A DNA stretch of 63,572 nucleotides, counting the filler, from Saprolegnia diclina VS20 (Eukaryota): assembly GCF_000281045.1 (NCBI RefSeq). It is 6 parts of 2 records of this genome, joined end to end, with 100 filler letters (N's around TTAATTAATTAA, not from the genome) between each part and the next. Parts side by side here need not be neighbours in the genome. Positions count along the whole stretch, not along the records: positions 14,778 to 40,905 come from NW_008246090.1; 5 more parts are not named here. The stretch is one strand, 5' to 3'. Below the pieces are notes generated by a model. It was not told where the DNA came from and made no database searches. It was given only the letters and a program-made list of their open reading frames with translations. The translations under genes and the position numbers were made by a program. Numbering within the stretch: position 1 is the stretch's first letter; the number at the start of each line of letters is the position of its first letter. Shown here in pieces: positions 21,384 to 34,110 of this stretch.

Positions 21384-23735
21384 TCACAGGTCGATGCTAT
21401 CACTACTGTGGTGTGGTAGCATCATGGGCGTCTCGTTGTGCTTGGGGGACCTTGCCTTGCCGCGCGGGCTCGAGCGGGGGCTCCGGCCCCCCCGGGGGGA
21501 CCCCGGCCGAGGACCCTTGGTACGCGGGATGAGGATCGCGGGCGGAGGCACAATGGACTTGATGATCTTCGTTTCGACGCCCCACGACGTCCATGCGGTC
21601 GAGCGCTTGGTGGCGGCGCGGACCTCGTCCATGTCGTGTGGTGAGAACTGAAGCAGCGTCGAGAGCACTGGAATGAGCTTGGCTTGCTGGCTCGAGCCCG
21701 GGCGAAAGCTCATAAACTGCACGACGACGTTCTTGAGGTACTCCATGTTGACGCCTTCGCGGCGCTCGGTGCGCACGAGCACGGCGATTTCGTCTTCCAT
21801 GATTTTGATCTGCCCCTTGAGACTCTCGACCTCGGCTTGCTTGGTCGCGACGGCGTTACTGAGCTCGGCGACTTCAGAGTCCCGCGACCGCTGCATCGCG
21901 TCCCGCTGGGCTTGGACGTTGGCGAGCTCAAAGATGCGCCGATGGTCGGCGTCGCCCGACTTGACGTCGTGCTCGAGCTGGGCCAGCTGCGCCGAGAGTG
22001 ACGCTACCTGCTCTTCCTTTTCCAGCACGAGCTGCCGCGCCAGTTTCGACTTGGCGCGTGCATCGCTCTCCAGTCGGTCGACTTCGGCTGCATGGGACGT
22101 TCGAAGCGCGTTTAGATCGGCCGCCGCTGACGCGGTGAGCGACGTTTGCATGGCGAGGAAGGCTGTCTCTTGGGTCGCGACCTGGGCGCGGAGCGTCGCA
22201 ACCTCGTCCGTCGCCGCCGTCTGCGCATCTTTAAACTCGAGCGTTTGCGTCTGCAGCAGCGACTTGGCTTCGGCGAGCTCGTCCGAGACTGCCTTGTAGC
22301 GACTGAGGCGCTGCGATAGCTGCTGCTGCAGCTGCGCGACCTCGGCTGCGTGGCCCGCGCACGTCTCGGCATACTGCTGGTTCTCGGCCGCGAGTCGCGT
22401 CGCGAGTGCGTTTTGCTCAGACCAGTTTTTACGCGCATCGGCCAAGACAGCGGCGACGGCGCTGGCCTCCTTTGTCGCGTCGGCCGCCTTTTGCTCAGCG
22501 ACAGCGAGCTGCGCACGGAGGCTGGTGGTCTCCGACTCGAGATGTGACTTGGCGCTGGTGACGCTGCGAAAGTCGCGTAACTCGGCCTCCAAGTGCGTGT
22601 GCTTGGCCATGGCCGTGTCGGCGAGGTCCTGGAGCTGGTCCCGTTCCCGCTCGGCAGTCTCGAGCTTGGCCGCGAGCCTGGCCATTTCGGTTGTCTTGGC
22701 CGCCACGTCGGCTTCGAGACGCACGACGGTTTGGCTCAGCAGGTCCATGTCGGCGCCTTTCTGCTGCAAGTTGAGCTCAAGTGCGTCGATCGTCTGCGTC
22801 AATTGCGTCTGATTTTGGAGCTCCCGCTTGAGCACCGAGAGGCTTTCTTCTCGCTGCGCGTTGGCCGTGATCTGCGCCAGAATGTCGACTGCATACGAAG
22901 ATGCGGTCGCCTCGGCGGCCGTCAGCTGGGTCGCGAGGGACGTGGCCGTCTGCTGGGCTTTGGCCAGTGCGTCCTGGAGGGATTTTTTGGCGGCGTCGCT
23001 CTCGCTAACCTTGGACTGCCACGTCTTGTCGGCTTCGTCGCGCAGCCGGCGCTCCATGGCAAGACTCGACTTGAGCGTCTCGAGTTCGAACCGGAGCGTG
23101 GCGTCGATGGACACGACAGCCTCGGTGTTGCTGCTCGCATCGTCCTTTGGCGACGCTGGCCGCAGGTGCTCGAGCTGCGCCTTCAAGTTGGCGATCTCTT
23201 GCACGTAGAGGGTCTCCATTTCGCGCACGTGGTGCTCGCGGGCAGCGTCGCGCGAATGGTACTGCGCCCGCATGGCTGAGGTGTCGAGGACCTTTTCGGC
23301 GGAAAGCGGCGGCGGCGCGTCGGCGCTTGCGTCTTCGTTGGCGACCGGTGCATCGTCGACCTCGGTCGCTGGCTCAAAGGCAACGTCGAGACCAATGTCG
23401 TCGGTGACGAACGCTACGAGCGCGTTGTAGTTGGCCTCGACCTCGGTGAGCCGGAAGAGCTTGTCGGAGGCGGTCGTCATCTGGCTCTTGTACGCTCGGT
23501 TCTGCTTGGTGAGCTTCATGCTCAGCGAGAGGAGCTCGTCGTAGCTCATCTTTGGCTTGTCGGCCATGGTCGAGAAGCTGCTAGTGCGGCCCGTCGGAAG
23601 CGGCGGCTTCTCCTCGTCGAGGTGGCCATAGCTCGACGACTTCTGCCGGAGGAAGCTGAGGCCCTTGGTCAAGCCGCCCATGCCCAGCTCCTTCATCTCG
23701 GCCAGGCCCTTCTCGAGCTGCTCCTTCTTCTTCAT
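21384..23735 (-). CDS. GRIP-domain coiled-coil golgin
   Basis: 783-aa Ala/Glu/Gln-rich coiled coil with C-terminal GRIP motif NMEYLKNVVVQFM...KLIPVLSTLLQFSP. Confidence 0.9.
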   Translation of the reverse strand: MKKKEQLEKGLAEMKELGMGGLTKGLSFLRQKSSSYGHLDEEKPPLPTGRTSSFSTMADKPKMSYDELLSLSMKLTKQNRAYKSQMTTASDKLFRLTEVEANYNALVAFVTDDIGLDVAFEPATEVDDAPVANEDASADAPPPLSAEKVLDTSAMRAQYHSRDAAREHHVREMETLYVQEIANLKAQLEHLRPASPKDDASSNTEAVVSIDATLRFELETLKSSLAMERRLRDEADKTWQSKVSESDAAKKSLQDALAKAQQTATSLATQLTAAEATASSYAVDILAQITANAQREESLSVLKRELQNQTQLTQTIDALELNLQQKGADMDLLSQTVVRLEADVAAKTTEMARLAAKLETAERERDQLQDLADTAMAKHTHLEAELRDFRSVTSAKSHLESETTSLRAQLAVAEQKAADATKEASAVAAVLADARKNWSEQNALATRLAAENQQYAETCAGHAAEVAQLQQQLSQRLSRYKAVSDELAEAKSLLQTQTLEFKDAQTAATDEVATLRAQVATQETAFLAMQTSLTASAAADLNALRTSHAAEVDRLESDARAKSKLARQLVLEKEEQVASLSAQLAQLEHDVKSGDADHRRIFELANVQAQRDAMQRSRDSEVAELSNAVATKQAEVESLKGQIKIMEDEIAVLVRTERREGVNMEYLKNVVVQFMSFRPGSSQQAKLIPVLSTLLQFSPHDMDEVRAATKRSTAWTSWGVETKIIKSIVPPPAILIPRTKGPRPGSPRGGRSPRSSPRGKARSPKHNETPMMLPHHSSDSIDL

Positions 23736-24556
23736 GATGGCGGCGCCAAGTGGCCGCCCCGATTACAAAATACCTTGCTCTTTGTATGCACCACTCAAGA
23801 TCCAAGTACACAGTCATTACATCTATTTTGGTCTTCCCGGATCGTCCGGATACGGTGCCACATGCCACCCGAGCTCGTCGCGGCCCGGCGGACCCGCGCC
23901 GCCTCTCGCAGCAACCATGCTGCGAGAGGCGACGGGCCCATGTACGTGCTCATTAGAAGGCGGTGCGACGACTGCGCCCACTGCCCGAGAGCGGAATGGC
24001 AGCGATAGAGGCGAAGACGGAAGCTACGTTGAGTCAGCGCTTGGTCGTCAGCGGACGACCCGCCAGCGCACAAGCATTTGGCAGGTGGGCGCAACGAGGC
24101 GCCACACAGCGCGCACATGCGAGACCTTCAAGACGTGACGACCGCTGCATCGACAGTCACTTCGTTGGTGCTCCATGCAAGGTCATGGCTTGGTTGCGGT
24201 ATGGACCATCGTTGCGTGGCCTGAGGCGTGTCCGTGGTCGACCGACGACTTGTGGCGGGCAGCCATGGCATCGCATGTAGCGTGGCAAGGACCGCATCAG
24301 CAAAGGCCTTGCGACGTACTTGGCCGCTTTGGTCCGGTCGGTGGACTCGGTTCCTGGTGCATCCAGTGTATCAAAAAGCTGGCGCATGTGGTTTCGATTT
24401 TCGATAGTTTTTATTGCAGAAAATTCGAATTTCAATACAAAGTCCAAGGTGTTTCGTGTTGGGGCGGCATAAAAATACCATTAAAATACACTGGCTGGGC
24501 ACACAACTGTGGCCGGGAACCGCACAGTAGTGTAGAAGACGCAGGTTGACGACGAG

Positions 24557-25426
24557 ATGGCGATCGTGAACCCCAAGAAGATGAAGGTCGCCGAGATCAA
24601 GGACGAGCTCGCCAAGCGCGGCTTGAGCACGGTCGGCGTCAAGGCCGAGCTCGTCCAGCGCCTCGAGCTCGCGCTCGACGAGGAAGAGTTTGGCAGCGAA
24701 GCGCATGAGCAAGCGACACTGGCGGCGGCCGAGGCCTCGCCCATCGGGTCCGCGACGCCCGAGCCCGTCGAGGAGCCTGCGCAGGAGGCGCCCAAGGAAG
24801 CCTCGCCGCCGAAGCATGCGGAGCCCGTGCCCGAGCTCGTCAAGGACGCACCGGTGGTCGCGGCGGCGCCGGTCACAGTCGGTATGACCGAAGAAGAGAA
24901 GCGTAAGGCCCGCGCCGCAAAGTTTGGCATCCCCCTCACTGAAGACCAGCGAAAAGTAAGCCACTGCGTCCACAAGATCTACGAACGAGCCAAATACAAT
25001 CCCGTAGATGGAGCGTGCCCAGCGGTTCAATGCGCTCAAGGCGGCCGGTGCTGGTAGGCCAGTGTGATGCAGCGGCAGGAACCTCTCACCTTGTACGATC
25101 TGCAGTAGACGCGACGGTCGAGACTGTCAAGAAGTCGAAGCGCGCCGAGCGATTTGGCATCGAGTCCGACGACAAGGTCTGTACTATCCTTGTGGCGGCG
25201 TGCGGCATCTCATGCGCTTGCAGGTGCAAGCGCAGAAGAAGGCGCGCGGCGAGCGCTTTGGCATCACGGACGACTCGAAGAAGAAGCTCGAGCGTGCATT
25301 GCGGTTCAACCTCGTGACCAAGGAAGTCGTACGCGATCCAAGCATCCTGAACCACGTATCTCACCGTCGGAGGCGTAGGTCGATGAAAAGCTCAAGCAGC
25401 GCCAAGAGCGGTTCGCGGCCAAGTAG
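24557..25426 (+). CDS. SAP-domain ribonucleoprotein (SARNP/THO1/MOS11-like), multi-exon
   Basis: SAP domain [29 protein letters not shown], then repeated RAxRFG motifs across exons (RAAKFG, RAERFG, RGERFG, RQERF); stop TAG at 25424-25426. Confidence 0.88.
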
Positions 25427-25479
25427 ATAGCGCAAGCTACAGAGAGAGACCACAAAGACCATGTCATTATGTAATCACG

Positions 25480-26154
25480 CTACGGCTGCATGGGCGCGCG
25501 GGCGAGGCGTCGGCGTGGGCTCTGCGGCGTCGTGTGGGCCTCTGTGGCCGCATGCATGGCGTCGGCGGGCCTCTGGCTGTTGAGAAAAGCAAGCAACACA
25601 GTCGCTTCGCTCTCGGAAATACGAAAGTTGAACTTGGCCGCGCTTAGCAAGAGCTCGTCTCGGTGCATCAGCCGGGTCTCTACGCCACGCGCGGTTGGGC
25701 ATTGGCACCAAGAAGAGAGGCTTCTACCATGGCCAGCAACGTGCCGGAAGACGTCGGCGAGTTTTTGGAAGCGAGCCAGCTCGTCCAAGAGGACGCGGGG
25801 ACAGGTGACGGCGGCGGTGGCCATCTCGCTCTGGGCATGCTGCATCGAGTCGTAGAAGGACCACGCCGACTCGAGGCGGTGACGCGCCGATGTCGACGGG
25901 CGTACATACACAGCGGTCGTCGGTCGTTCGAGGGCCGCAAGCTGGCGCGCGGTGCAAGCGCGGGCCTGGAGCTCGTGGAGTGTTTTCCAGTGCGCCGCTT
26001 CGTCGCGCAGATGGTACGGCGACACAGTGTGCGTCGCCGCCGATGCCGCACGTTCTTGCGGACTCAGATTGCCCGAGTGACGCGTCGTCGTCAGTATCTC
26101 CGCGTCGTCGTCGTCGCGCACGAGGCTGTGGCAGACGTTCTTGCGCCGATGCAT
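25480..26154 (-). CDS. Hypothetical protein, tandem paralog of the EF-hand gene at 26693-27557
   Basis: Shares LSPQERAASAATHTVSPYHL..AHWKTLH, RLESAWSFYDSM and ELARFQKLADVF with the neighbour. Confidence 0.65.
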   Translation of the reverse strand: MHRRKNVCHSLVRDDDDAEILTTTRHSGNLSPQERAASAATHTVSPYHLRDEAAHWKTLHELQARACTARQLAALERPTTAVYVRPSTSARHRLESAWSFYDSMQHAQSEMATAAVTCPRVLLDELARFQKLADVFRHVAGHGRSLSSWCQCPTARGVETRLMHRDELLLSAAKFNFRISESEATVLLAFLNSQRPADAMHAATEAHTTPQSPRRRLARAPMQP

Positions 26155-26692
26155 ATCGATCGCTTCTTTGTCGTCGACCGGTGGACGTGAACAATATGTT
26201 CGATCGGCGGTTGGCGTGAAACGTCGTCGAGTAACTGTAGTACCGTTCTAGTACTACGGTACTAGGTATAACAAATTTCGGGACAACAAACTTTGGGAAA
26301 ACAAACTTTTTAGAGACTCTACTTTACTCCACCCACAACCAACCCCCTGATTAACTATTTATAATACATCAACCCTGCGTTCCCTGTGCCTCGGCCCTTC
26401 ACTCCCTCCTCAGAAATCGCCACTGGCCCGGAATACCCATTTTCCTGAGTTGAAAAACCCTCTTTCCTCCTTTTCACCAAGTCTTTTGAGTGCGTTTTTG
26501 CTTCAAGTTTGTGAACGCGTTGGCCTCCGTGCGAGTGGCCGGAATGGGGGAAGGGCGCGGGAAGCTAGCCAACGCACGCGTGCATATATCAGCAGCTTTG
26601 TAGCAAATTGATGGTGGGCATCAATTTGCCTCTTGGCACTTTGCGACTTTCGTCCGAGTACAAATGTACGACATGATGCAAAGTCGAGTTAG

Positions 26693-27557
26693 TTAGTTCA
26701 TGCTGTAGTGGAGTTGCGACCGGTGCGGCGACCGCTTGGATTTTGCCGGCGGGGGCGACGGTGCCACGCCGCCAAACTTTTGCACGAGCACGTTCACCTC
26801 GTCGGCCGTGACGGTGCCATCTCGGTTGCGGTCCATAAAGGCCATGAGCGCATCGGCGTCCTTGGTCGTCAGCGGAATCAGCAACTTCGTTGCACACGCC
26901 ACGAGCTCGTCGCGGGTCACGACGCCGTCGTCTACGGCTCGTGAGTCGCTTCTTAATCAACCAAGATGGCCTACGGTTGCGGTCGAGCTGCTTGAACACG
27001 TCGGCGAGGCGGCGGTAGCGTGCAATCTCTTTCAAAATGTCGAGGGCCGCGTTCGAGTCGCGGGGCTTGGATTGGAGCGTCTGGTTCATCGCGTCGTAGA
27101 GGGACCAAGAAGCCTCGATGCGGTCGGCGGCCGTTCCGCGCACACACCGGCGCTGAACGAGCGGCTCGTCCGCAGCTTGTAGCGTCTTCTCAATGTGCAC
27201 GCGTTCCTTGAGCTCTAGTAGATCGTAATTTTTGCAAAAGCGGATCCGTCTTTTGCACGTACCATGCAACACTCTCCAGTGCGCAGGCTCGGGCAAGAGG
27301 TTGTACGGCGAAACTGTGTGGGACGCTGCGGACCGCGCCCGCTCGACCGGCGTGAGATCGCCCTCAACGACGTCATTCCATGTTGTTGTCGGTTGAATGG
27401 CAACGGTCGTCAAACGAAAAGCCGGGAGCTGCACGGCGTCGCGGCGATGGCAAGTGTGGTCGTGCGTTGTGTGCATTGACGTCGCGCGCACCTTGATGGA
27501 CGGAGGTAGGACACGGAGCGTTGACGCGCTGCGGCGGTGGTGCGGGCGTGTGCTCAT
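26693..27557 (-). CDS. EF-hand calcium-binding protein, multi-exon
   Basis: Spliced EF hands DRN|xDGVVTRDEL and DRNRDGTVTADEV; N-terminal block LTPVERARSAASHTVSPYNL. Confidence 0.75.
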
Positions 27558-28558
27558 GCTATCGAGAGAGCTGGACTAGGATGGATTGAATGCACGTGGC
27601 GCTGAAACGGAAACTTTGCCGGGTTCTGGAGCGTCTGTCTCGGCTTGTGCTGTGGCGGACGTGGTTCGCGTGGACGCCGCAAGACGAAGTATGTGATCGG
27701 AGACCGTTGGGTCCCTGAAAGACAAATTCTTCCTTCCATACAATAGGAGGATTCCGGGACGAGCAGCATCTCGTGCTTTCCGCAGCTCTCGAATCGAACA
27801 CCACCGACCGAATCAACTCGTTTTATGCAACCAGAATCACTTCTTCTTCTTGGTACAACACAGCCTCAACAGTGCTACGGCTGAACGAGAGGTGGGCCAT
27901 ATTTCCAGAGTGGTGGATGGAAATAAGGATTATCGTGTCGATCACGCACCATTGAAAAGTCATGGTGGAAGGGCGACTACTAGTACAGAAGAGCAAGGCG
28001 AGCCCCCGCCAACGCCCCGCGAGCGAGTGAAGAAGAGAAGAGATTGCTAGTCTTTGCGTATGCAAATCTTTGAAATGGAGATAACGCAAAACGCGTTCAT
28101 ATACATTGCTAAAGGCATTGCGATCCGCTATCGATGCTTGCCATCATGTTGGAGCAAACAAGTCGCTACAGCTACAACTGTACAGTTGGCGACCTACCGC
28201 ACTCCAAGCTCTTTCCATCTTTAGACGAATGATCCCAGCGCAATACGTATATCGGTCGTCCCTGCGACTAGCTCTACTGGAGTATAATTGCAAGAGCCGA
28301 TGCAAGGACTAGGGCAACGGCGACTGCATATGCCAACGCATGGTAACGCCCGTTGCCGGTTACGTCGCCCGATTGTACACTATTATTTCACTTTTGAGAG
28401 AACACTATTTCGATGCACGTAAATCGTGTATAGATATGTGTTGCGACAAGACCTGTGACTTTCCATTGCTCGATATATGCATTCTCGCAGGTATCGACCT
28501 TGAAGATCTTTTCGAAAGGTCGCAGATCTCGGTGCGACTTCTCATTCACGACCAAGGG

Positions 28559-31500
28559 ATGCAGCTGCGCCACCTCTCGACGGTGCTGCCGCCGACCGAG
28601 GGCATGTGCAAGGTGACCGCGATCGCGTGGTCGCCCAACAACAGGCGGCTCGCGGTCGTGACGGTCGAGCGCGTCGTGCACATGTTTGACGCAGCGACTG
28701 GCGAGCGCAAGGACAAGTTTTCGACCAAGCCCGCCGAGAAGGTTCGCTTCGCCTAGCTTCGCCGACGCGCATGGCATCCTCATGGCGTGTGCTAGGGCGA
28801 CAAGAACTACACGGTGCGCGGGCTTGCGTTTTCGCCCGACTCGTCCAAGCTCGCGGTCGCGCAGAGCGACAACATTGTGTTCATCTACAAGCTCGGGCTC
28901 GAATGGGGTGACAAAAAGTCCATCTGCAACAAGTTTATGCAAGCGTGCAGCGTCACGAGCATGATCTGGCCGACCGCGCACCCAAACGAGATTGTGTTTG
29001 GCCTCGCCGATGGCAAGGTCAAGCTCGGCCAATTGCGCAGCAACAAGCCCGCGACCTTGTACGCGACCGGCAGCTACGTCTCGACGCTATGCACCAACCC
29101 GGAAGGCACAGCGATCCTCTCGTCGCACTATGACCACTCGATCTACCGCTTTATCTTTGACGACGTCAACGGCGGCTCGAGCCAGACCAAGATCGCAGTC
29201 CATACGTGCGTGCCGTACGCGCTGTCGTGGGGCGAGTCGATTCTCGCTGCCGGGAACGACCGCAAGGTCGCCTTCTACGACAAGGACGGCGGTCTCGTCC
29301 GTAGCTTCGACTACTCGAGCGACGACAAGTGCGGCGAGTTCACGACCAGCGTCTTCAACCCGACCGGCGACTCGGTCGTTGTCGGCAACTTCAACTCGTT
29401 TTACATCTACAGCCACCACGTCAAGACCAACTCGTGGGAAGCTGTCGGTGTCAAGAGCATTGAGAACCTCTACTCGGTCACGAGTCTTGGCTGGAAGTAC
29501 GACGGGTCGCGGCTCGCGGTCGGCTCGGTCTGCGGCGCGCTTGACCTCTTTGACGCATGCGTGCGGCGGTACCGCTACAAGGGCAAGTTCGAGTTCACGT
29601 ACGTGTCGCTGAGCCAAGTGATTGTCAAGCGCATTGCGACCGGCCAGCGGGTCATTGTCCGCTCGACGTTTGGCTGCGAAATCACAAAGCTCAACGTCTT
29701 CCAAGACCGGTTCCTGGTCGCCAACACGAGCAGCACGCTCCTCGTTGGCGACCTCGAGACCTCCAAACTCTCGGAAGTCCAGTGGCAGTCGACCGGCGCC
29801 GAAAAGTACATGTTTGAGAATCCCGCCGTGTGCATCATCTACCAAGCCGGCGAGCTCTCGCTCATCGAGTATGGTCAAAATGAGGTGCTTGGCTCGGTCC
29901 GCACCGAGCACCTGAGCTTGCACTTGCTCTCGGTGCGCATCAACGAGCGCCCGATCCTCTCCGAAGCGACCAAGTTGGTCTCGGACGACAACAAGAAGAT
30001 GGCGTTCCTTCTCGACTTGCAGACGATCTCGGTCAAGGACCTCCACCTGCACGCGTCGACGACCGTCAACCACGATGCGCGCGTCGACTGGCTCGAGCTC
30101 AACGCCCATGGCAACCTGCTCCTCTTCCGCGACAAGCGCCGCCAACTGCACTTGTTTGAGATGGACACGCAAACCCGGTCGACGCTGCTCAACTACTGCA
30201 ACTACGTGCAGTGGGTGCCCGACTCGGACGTCGTTGTCGCCCAGAACCGCAACAACTTGTACGTATGGTACAACATTCGCAGCCCCGACAAAGCCACGAT
30301 TTACCAAATCAAGGGCGACGTCGAGCAGATCGAACGCGCGAATGGCCGCACCGAAGTCATTGTCGACGAAGGCATGAACACGGCGAGCTACCAGCTCGAC
30401 GAGTCGCTCATCAACTTTGGGACCGCCATTGACGACAAGCAGCTGCTCCGCGCCATGGCGATCCTCGAACCGCTCGAACTCACACCTGAGACCGAGGCCA
30501 TGTGGACGCAGCTGAGCGCCGAAGCCCTCAAAAGCAACGACCACCGGATCGCCGAGCGCTGCGTCGCTGCACTCGGCGATGTGTGCCGGTGCCGGTACCT
30601 CCGCAAGGTCAACAAGATCGACTACATGGAGCACGCAAAGATGTCGGAGGGCATGGTGCATTGGCGCGTGCGCTCCAAGCTCGCGCTTCTCAAAAACGAC
30701 TACCGCAGCGCCGAGCACATCCTGCTCAGCCAAGGCCAAGTCGACGACGCGATCGAAATGTACCAGCTGCTGCAAAAGTGGGAAGACGCGATCCGCGTTG
30801 CCGAGACGCGCAACCATGCGTCGCTCGATGCAATGAAGCGGCAGTACGCCGAGTACCTCTTGTCGTCGCGCCAAGAAGAAAAGGCGGCCGTGCTCAAGGT
30901 CAAGGAAGGCGACTTCGCCAGCGCCGTCCATCTCTACCTCAAGGGTACGCTGCCTAACCTACTCTACTCTCTAAAATTGCGCGTAGGGGGCCTTCCGGCA
31001 AAGGCCGCCAACTTGCTCAACGAGCGCAACCTCGGGCGCGACCACCGCGCGCTGCTCGAGAGCGTCGCCGATGCCCTGTATGCCTCGGGCATGTACGAGA
31101 AGGCCGGCGACCAGTTCGAGAAGATGGAGGAGGAAGACCGCGCGCTCGCCGCGTACTTCAAAGCCAACGCCTTCCGGAAGGCCGTCGACCTCTCGCGCCG
31201 CGTCTTCCCAGACCGCGTCATGAAGCTCGAAGAGAGCTGGGGCGACTACCTCGTGTCGCAGAAACAGGTAGGAAGAAGGCGTCGCCGGCATCGACTGATG
31301 AAACGTAGATGGACATGGCCATCAACCACTACATTGAAGGCAACGTACCGACAAAGGCCGTCGAAGCCGCGCTCAACTCGCGTCAATGGGCCAAAGCCGG
31401 TCAGATGGTCGAGACGCTCGACGACGAGATCGCGCTGCCCTACTATAGGCGGCTCGCGCGCCATTACCAAGACGCGCAGCAGTACGAAGCCGCGGAGCGC

Positions 31501-34110
31501 TGCTTCATCAAGGCCGACGCGGCGCGGGACGCGGTCGAGATGTACACGCGGGCCAACAAGTGGGATGCAGCGTACCAAGTCGCGCTCAACCACATGGACA
31601 AGTACGAGACCGAGCGCTTGTATGTCGAGCAAGCGCACCGCATGGAGCGCGCGGGCAAGCTCAAGGAGGCCGAGAAGCTCTTTTTGACGGTCAACGAGCC
31701 CGACTTGGCCATCAACATGTACAAGAACCACAAGAACTACGAGCAAATGATCCGACTCGTGACCAAGTACCGCAAGGACCTCCTCAAGGACACGCATTTG
31801 TACCTAGCGCAGCAGCTCGAGCACGAAGGCAACTTCAAGGAGGCCGAGCACCACTTTGCCGAGGCGGGCGAGTGGCAAGCCGCCGTCAACATGTACCGTT
31901 CCAACGACATGTGGGACGAAGCCATTCGCGTGGCCAAGTACCATGGCGGTATCAACGCCAGCAAGCGCGTTGCGTATGCCTGGGCCATGAGTCTCGGCGG
32001 CGAAGCCGGCGCGAAACTGCTCACGCGGCTCGGGCTCATCGAGCCTGCGATCGACTATGCGATCGAGAGCGGTGCATTCGAGCACGCGTTCGAACTCGCT
32101 CGGAGCTGCGCGCCCAAGAAGGTACCCGAGGTGCACCTCAAGCACGCGCTCTTTCTCGAGGACGAAGAGCGGTTTAAGGAAGCCGAAGATGAGTTTATCA
32201 AGGCGTGCAAGCCACGCGAAGCCGTCGACATGTACATTCATCAACAAGACTGGGCGAATGCGATGCGGGTGGCCGAGACCGCGGACCCGGCCTCGGTCTC
32301 GGACGTCTTTGTGGCCCAAGCGCGGCTCTGGGTCGAGCGGAAGGAGTACGCCCGTGCCGGTATCCACTGCGTTTGGTTGGAGATTCGAGACAAAATGCGA
32401 TGTTTTGTAGAGAGCTTTTTTCTCAATGCCGGCAAGCCCGAGATGGCGCTGGCCGCGTACATGGAAGGCCAGCTCTGGTCGGATGCGATGCGCCTCGCCA
32501 AACGTCATCTCCCGCACAAGCTGAGCGAAGTCAACATGGCCCACCAGCGCGCAATCTTCTCCGGAGGGCCCAAGTCCAAGGAAGAGCTGCTCGAAGCGTG
32601 CGAGATCTGGGTCAGCTGCCAGCAGTATGTCCAGGCCATCGATGCGTACCTCTCGATCACGCTCGACCAGCTCGATGTACAATCTCTCATCGGAGTCGGA
32701 TATATCTGATATGTGAAATATGCGTAGAACCCGAGTGGACTCGAAGAGATCTGGGGCCTTGCGGTCGAGCTGGCCTCCAAGCACGACCGCGGCCGCTTCA
32801 AGAGCGTTGTCGAGGAGGTCGCGTCCCGGCTTCTCTCCATGTCCATGTTTGACGCCGCCGCCAACTACTTCAAGGCGATCGACAAGATGTCGGAGGCGCT
32901 CGACTGCTACCTCCGCACGAGCAACTGGGTCGCGGCGCAAAAGCTCTGCGAACAGCACGCCCCGGAGCTGCTCCCGCGCCTCGAGCGCGCGCAGCACGCC
33001 TCTGCATTTGGCAACAGCGACGCCAAGCCGCAAGAAAAGGCGTCGGCCAAAGACGACGTCAAGGAAGCCAAAGACTCTGCCCGCGCGCCGGAAGCCAAGG
33101 CCGAGGCCAAATCGTCGTCCGAGGCGGCCAATGCGCTCGATGTGTGGATGCAGCGAGGCGAGTGGGACAAGGTGCTTTCGTCGGCGGCCAAGCATGGCCC
33201 AAAGGCCCTCGCCAAGTACTTGGTGTTGCGCTGTACGCGGCTGCTCGAGCACGACGACGCCGATGCAGCCATCGCTGCGTTCACGACGTACGGTGTCCCA
33301 CTGGTCGACGACACGCTGCCAGTCGTCGAGCGCGTCGTGGCCAAGTGCCTGGGCTGCCCCGTCGCCGTCGAGCCGACGCCCGAGCACGCGGTGAACGTTG
33401 CGTCGCTGGTCAAGGTGCTTCGAAAGCTCGTCAAGGAGATGAAGGCGACGAAAGAGGTGTCGCCGGCGCAGATCGCGACGATGGAGCAGTTCTTACTCAT
33501 TGCGCACTACACGTCGTTCAAGTACCAAGCGCAAGCATCGGGCCTCCACGATATTGCGTGCAAGATTGGCATGTCGCTGCTGCGGTACATCACCGTCTTG
33601 CCCGCCGACAAGCTCTTTTACTTGGCGGGGGCCGGCTGTCGCGATAAAAAGTGGCTCAGCCCTGCGTTCGTCTTCTTCAACCGGTACCTCGACTTGACCG
33701 AAGCGATCGACGACGGCAACATGAACAGCTTGGACAACTCGGACTTCCTCGGTACGGACATCCCGCGGGATTTCCCTCTCCCGGACGAGCAGTACCTCCC
33801 GGACGAAGCTGCGCGCGAAGAGATTCGCGACTGGGTGCTCACAATCTCGATGGACCAGCAAGTGCAAGAGAAGCTCCCGGAGCGGCCGTGCCCCAACTGC
33901 CAAGCGTCCATTTACGAAGGCAGCTTGCACTGCACCGAGTGCAAGGCCAAATTTGAGCCGTGCATCATCACGGGCTTCCCGGTCGTTGCGAAAATGACGG
34001 TCAACTGCACCAACTGCAAGGCGATTGCCGAGCGCGAGAGCTGGAACAAGTGGATCAAACACTTTGGCGCATGCGGCTGGTGCGCCGCGCCCCAAAAGCT
34101 CAGTTACTAG
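28559..34110 (+). CDS. IFT172: Intraflagellar transport protein 172 (WD40 plus TPR/clathrin-like repeats), about 5 introns
   Basis: MQLRHLSTV...AWSPNNRRLAV, KDKFSTKP, WGDKKSICNKF, YKGKFEFTYVSLSQVIVK, EVHLKHALFLEDE, FVFFNRYLDLTEAIDDG, C-terminal zinc-binding CxxC pairs. Confidence 0.97.

Noticed and set aside
27830..28150. Possible degraded transposase C-terminus (KKRRDC...CVCK...RKTRSY)
   Set aside because: Several stops and frame changes; too little signal without a profile search.
32360..32410. IFT172 intron starting GTATCC, possible U12 type
   Set aside because: Continues AC rather than TT and lacks a TCCTTAAC branch point.
29087..33387. Long antisense ORFs opposite IFT172 (likewise opposite S1P lyase, the amidase, ABCG and the membrane gene)
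   Set aside because: Expected shadows of GC3-rich coding sequence; no motifs.
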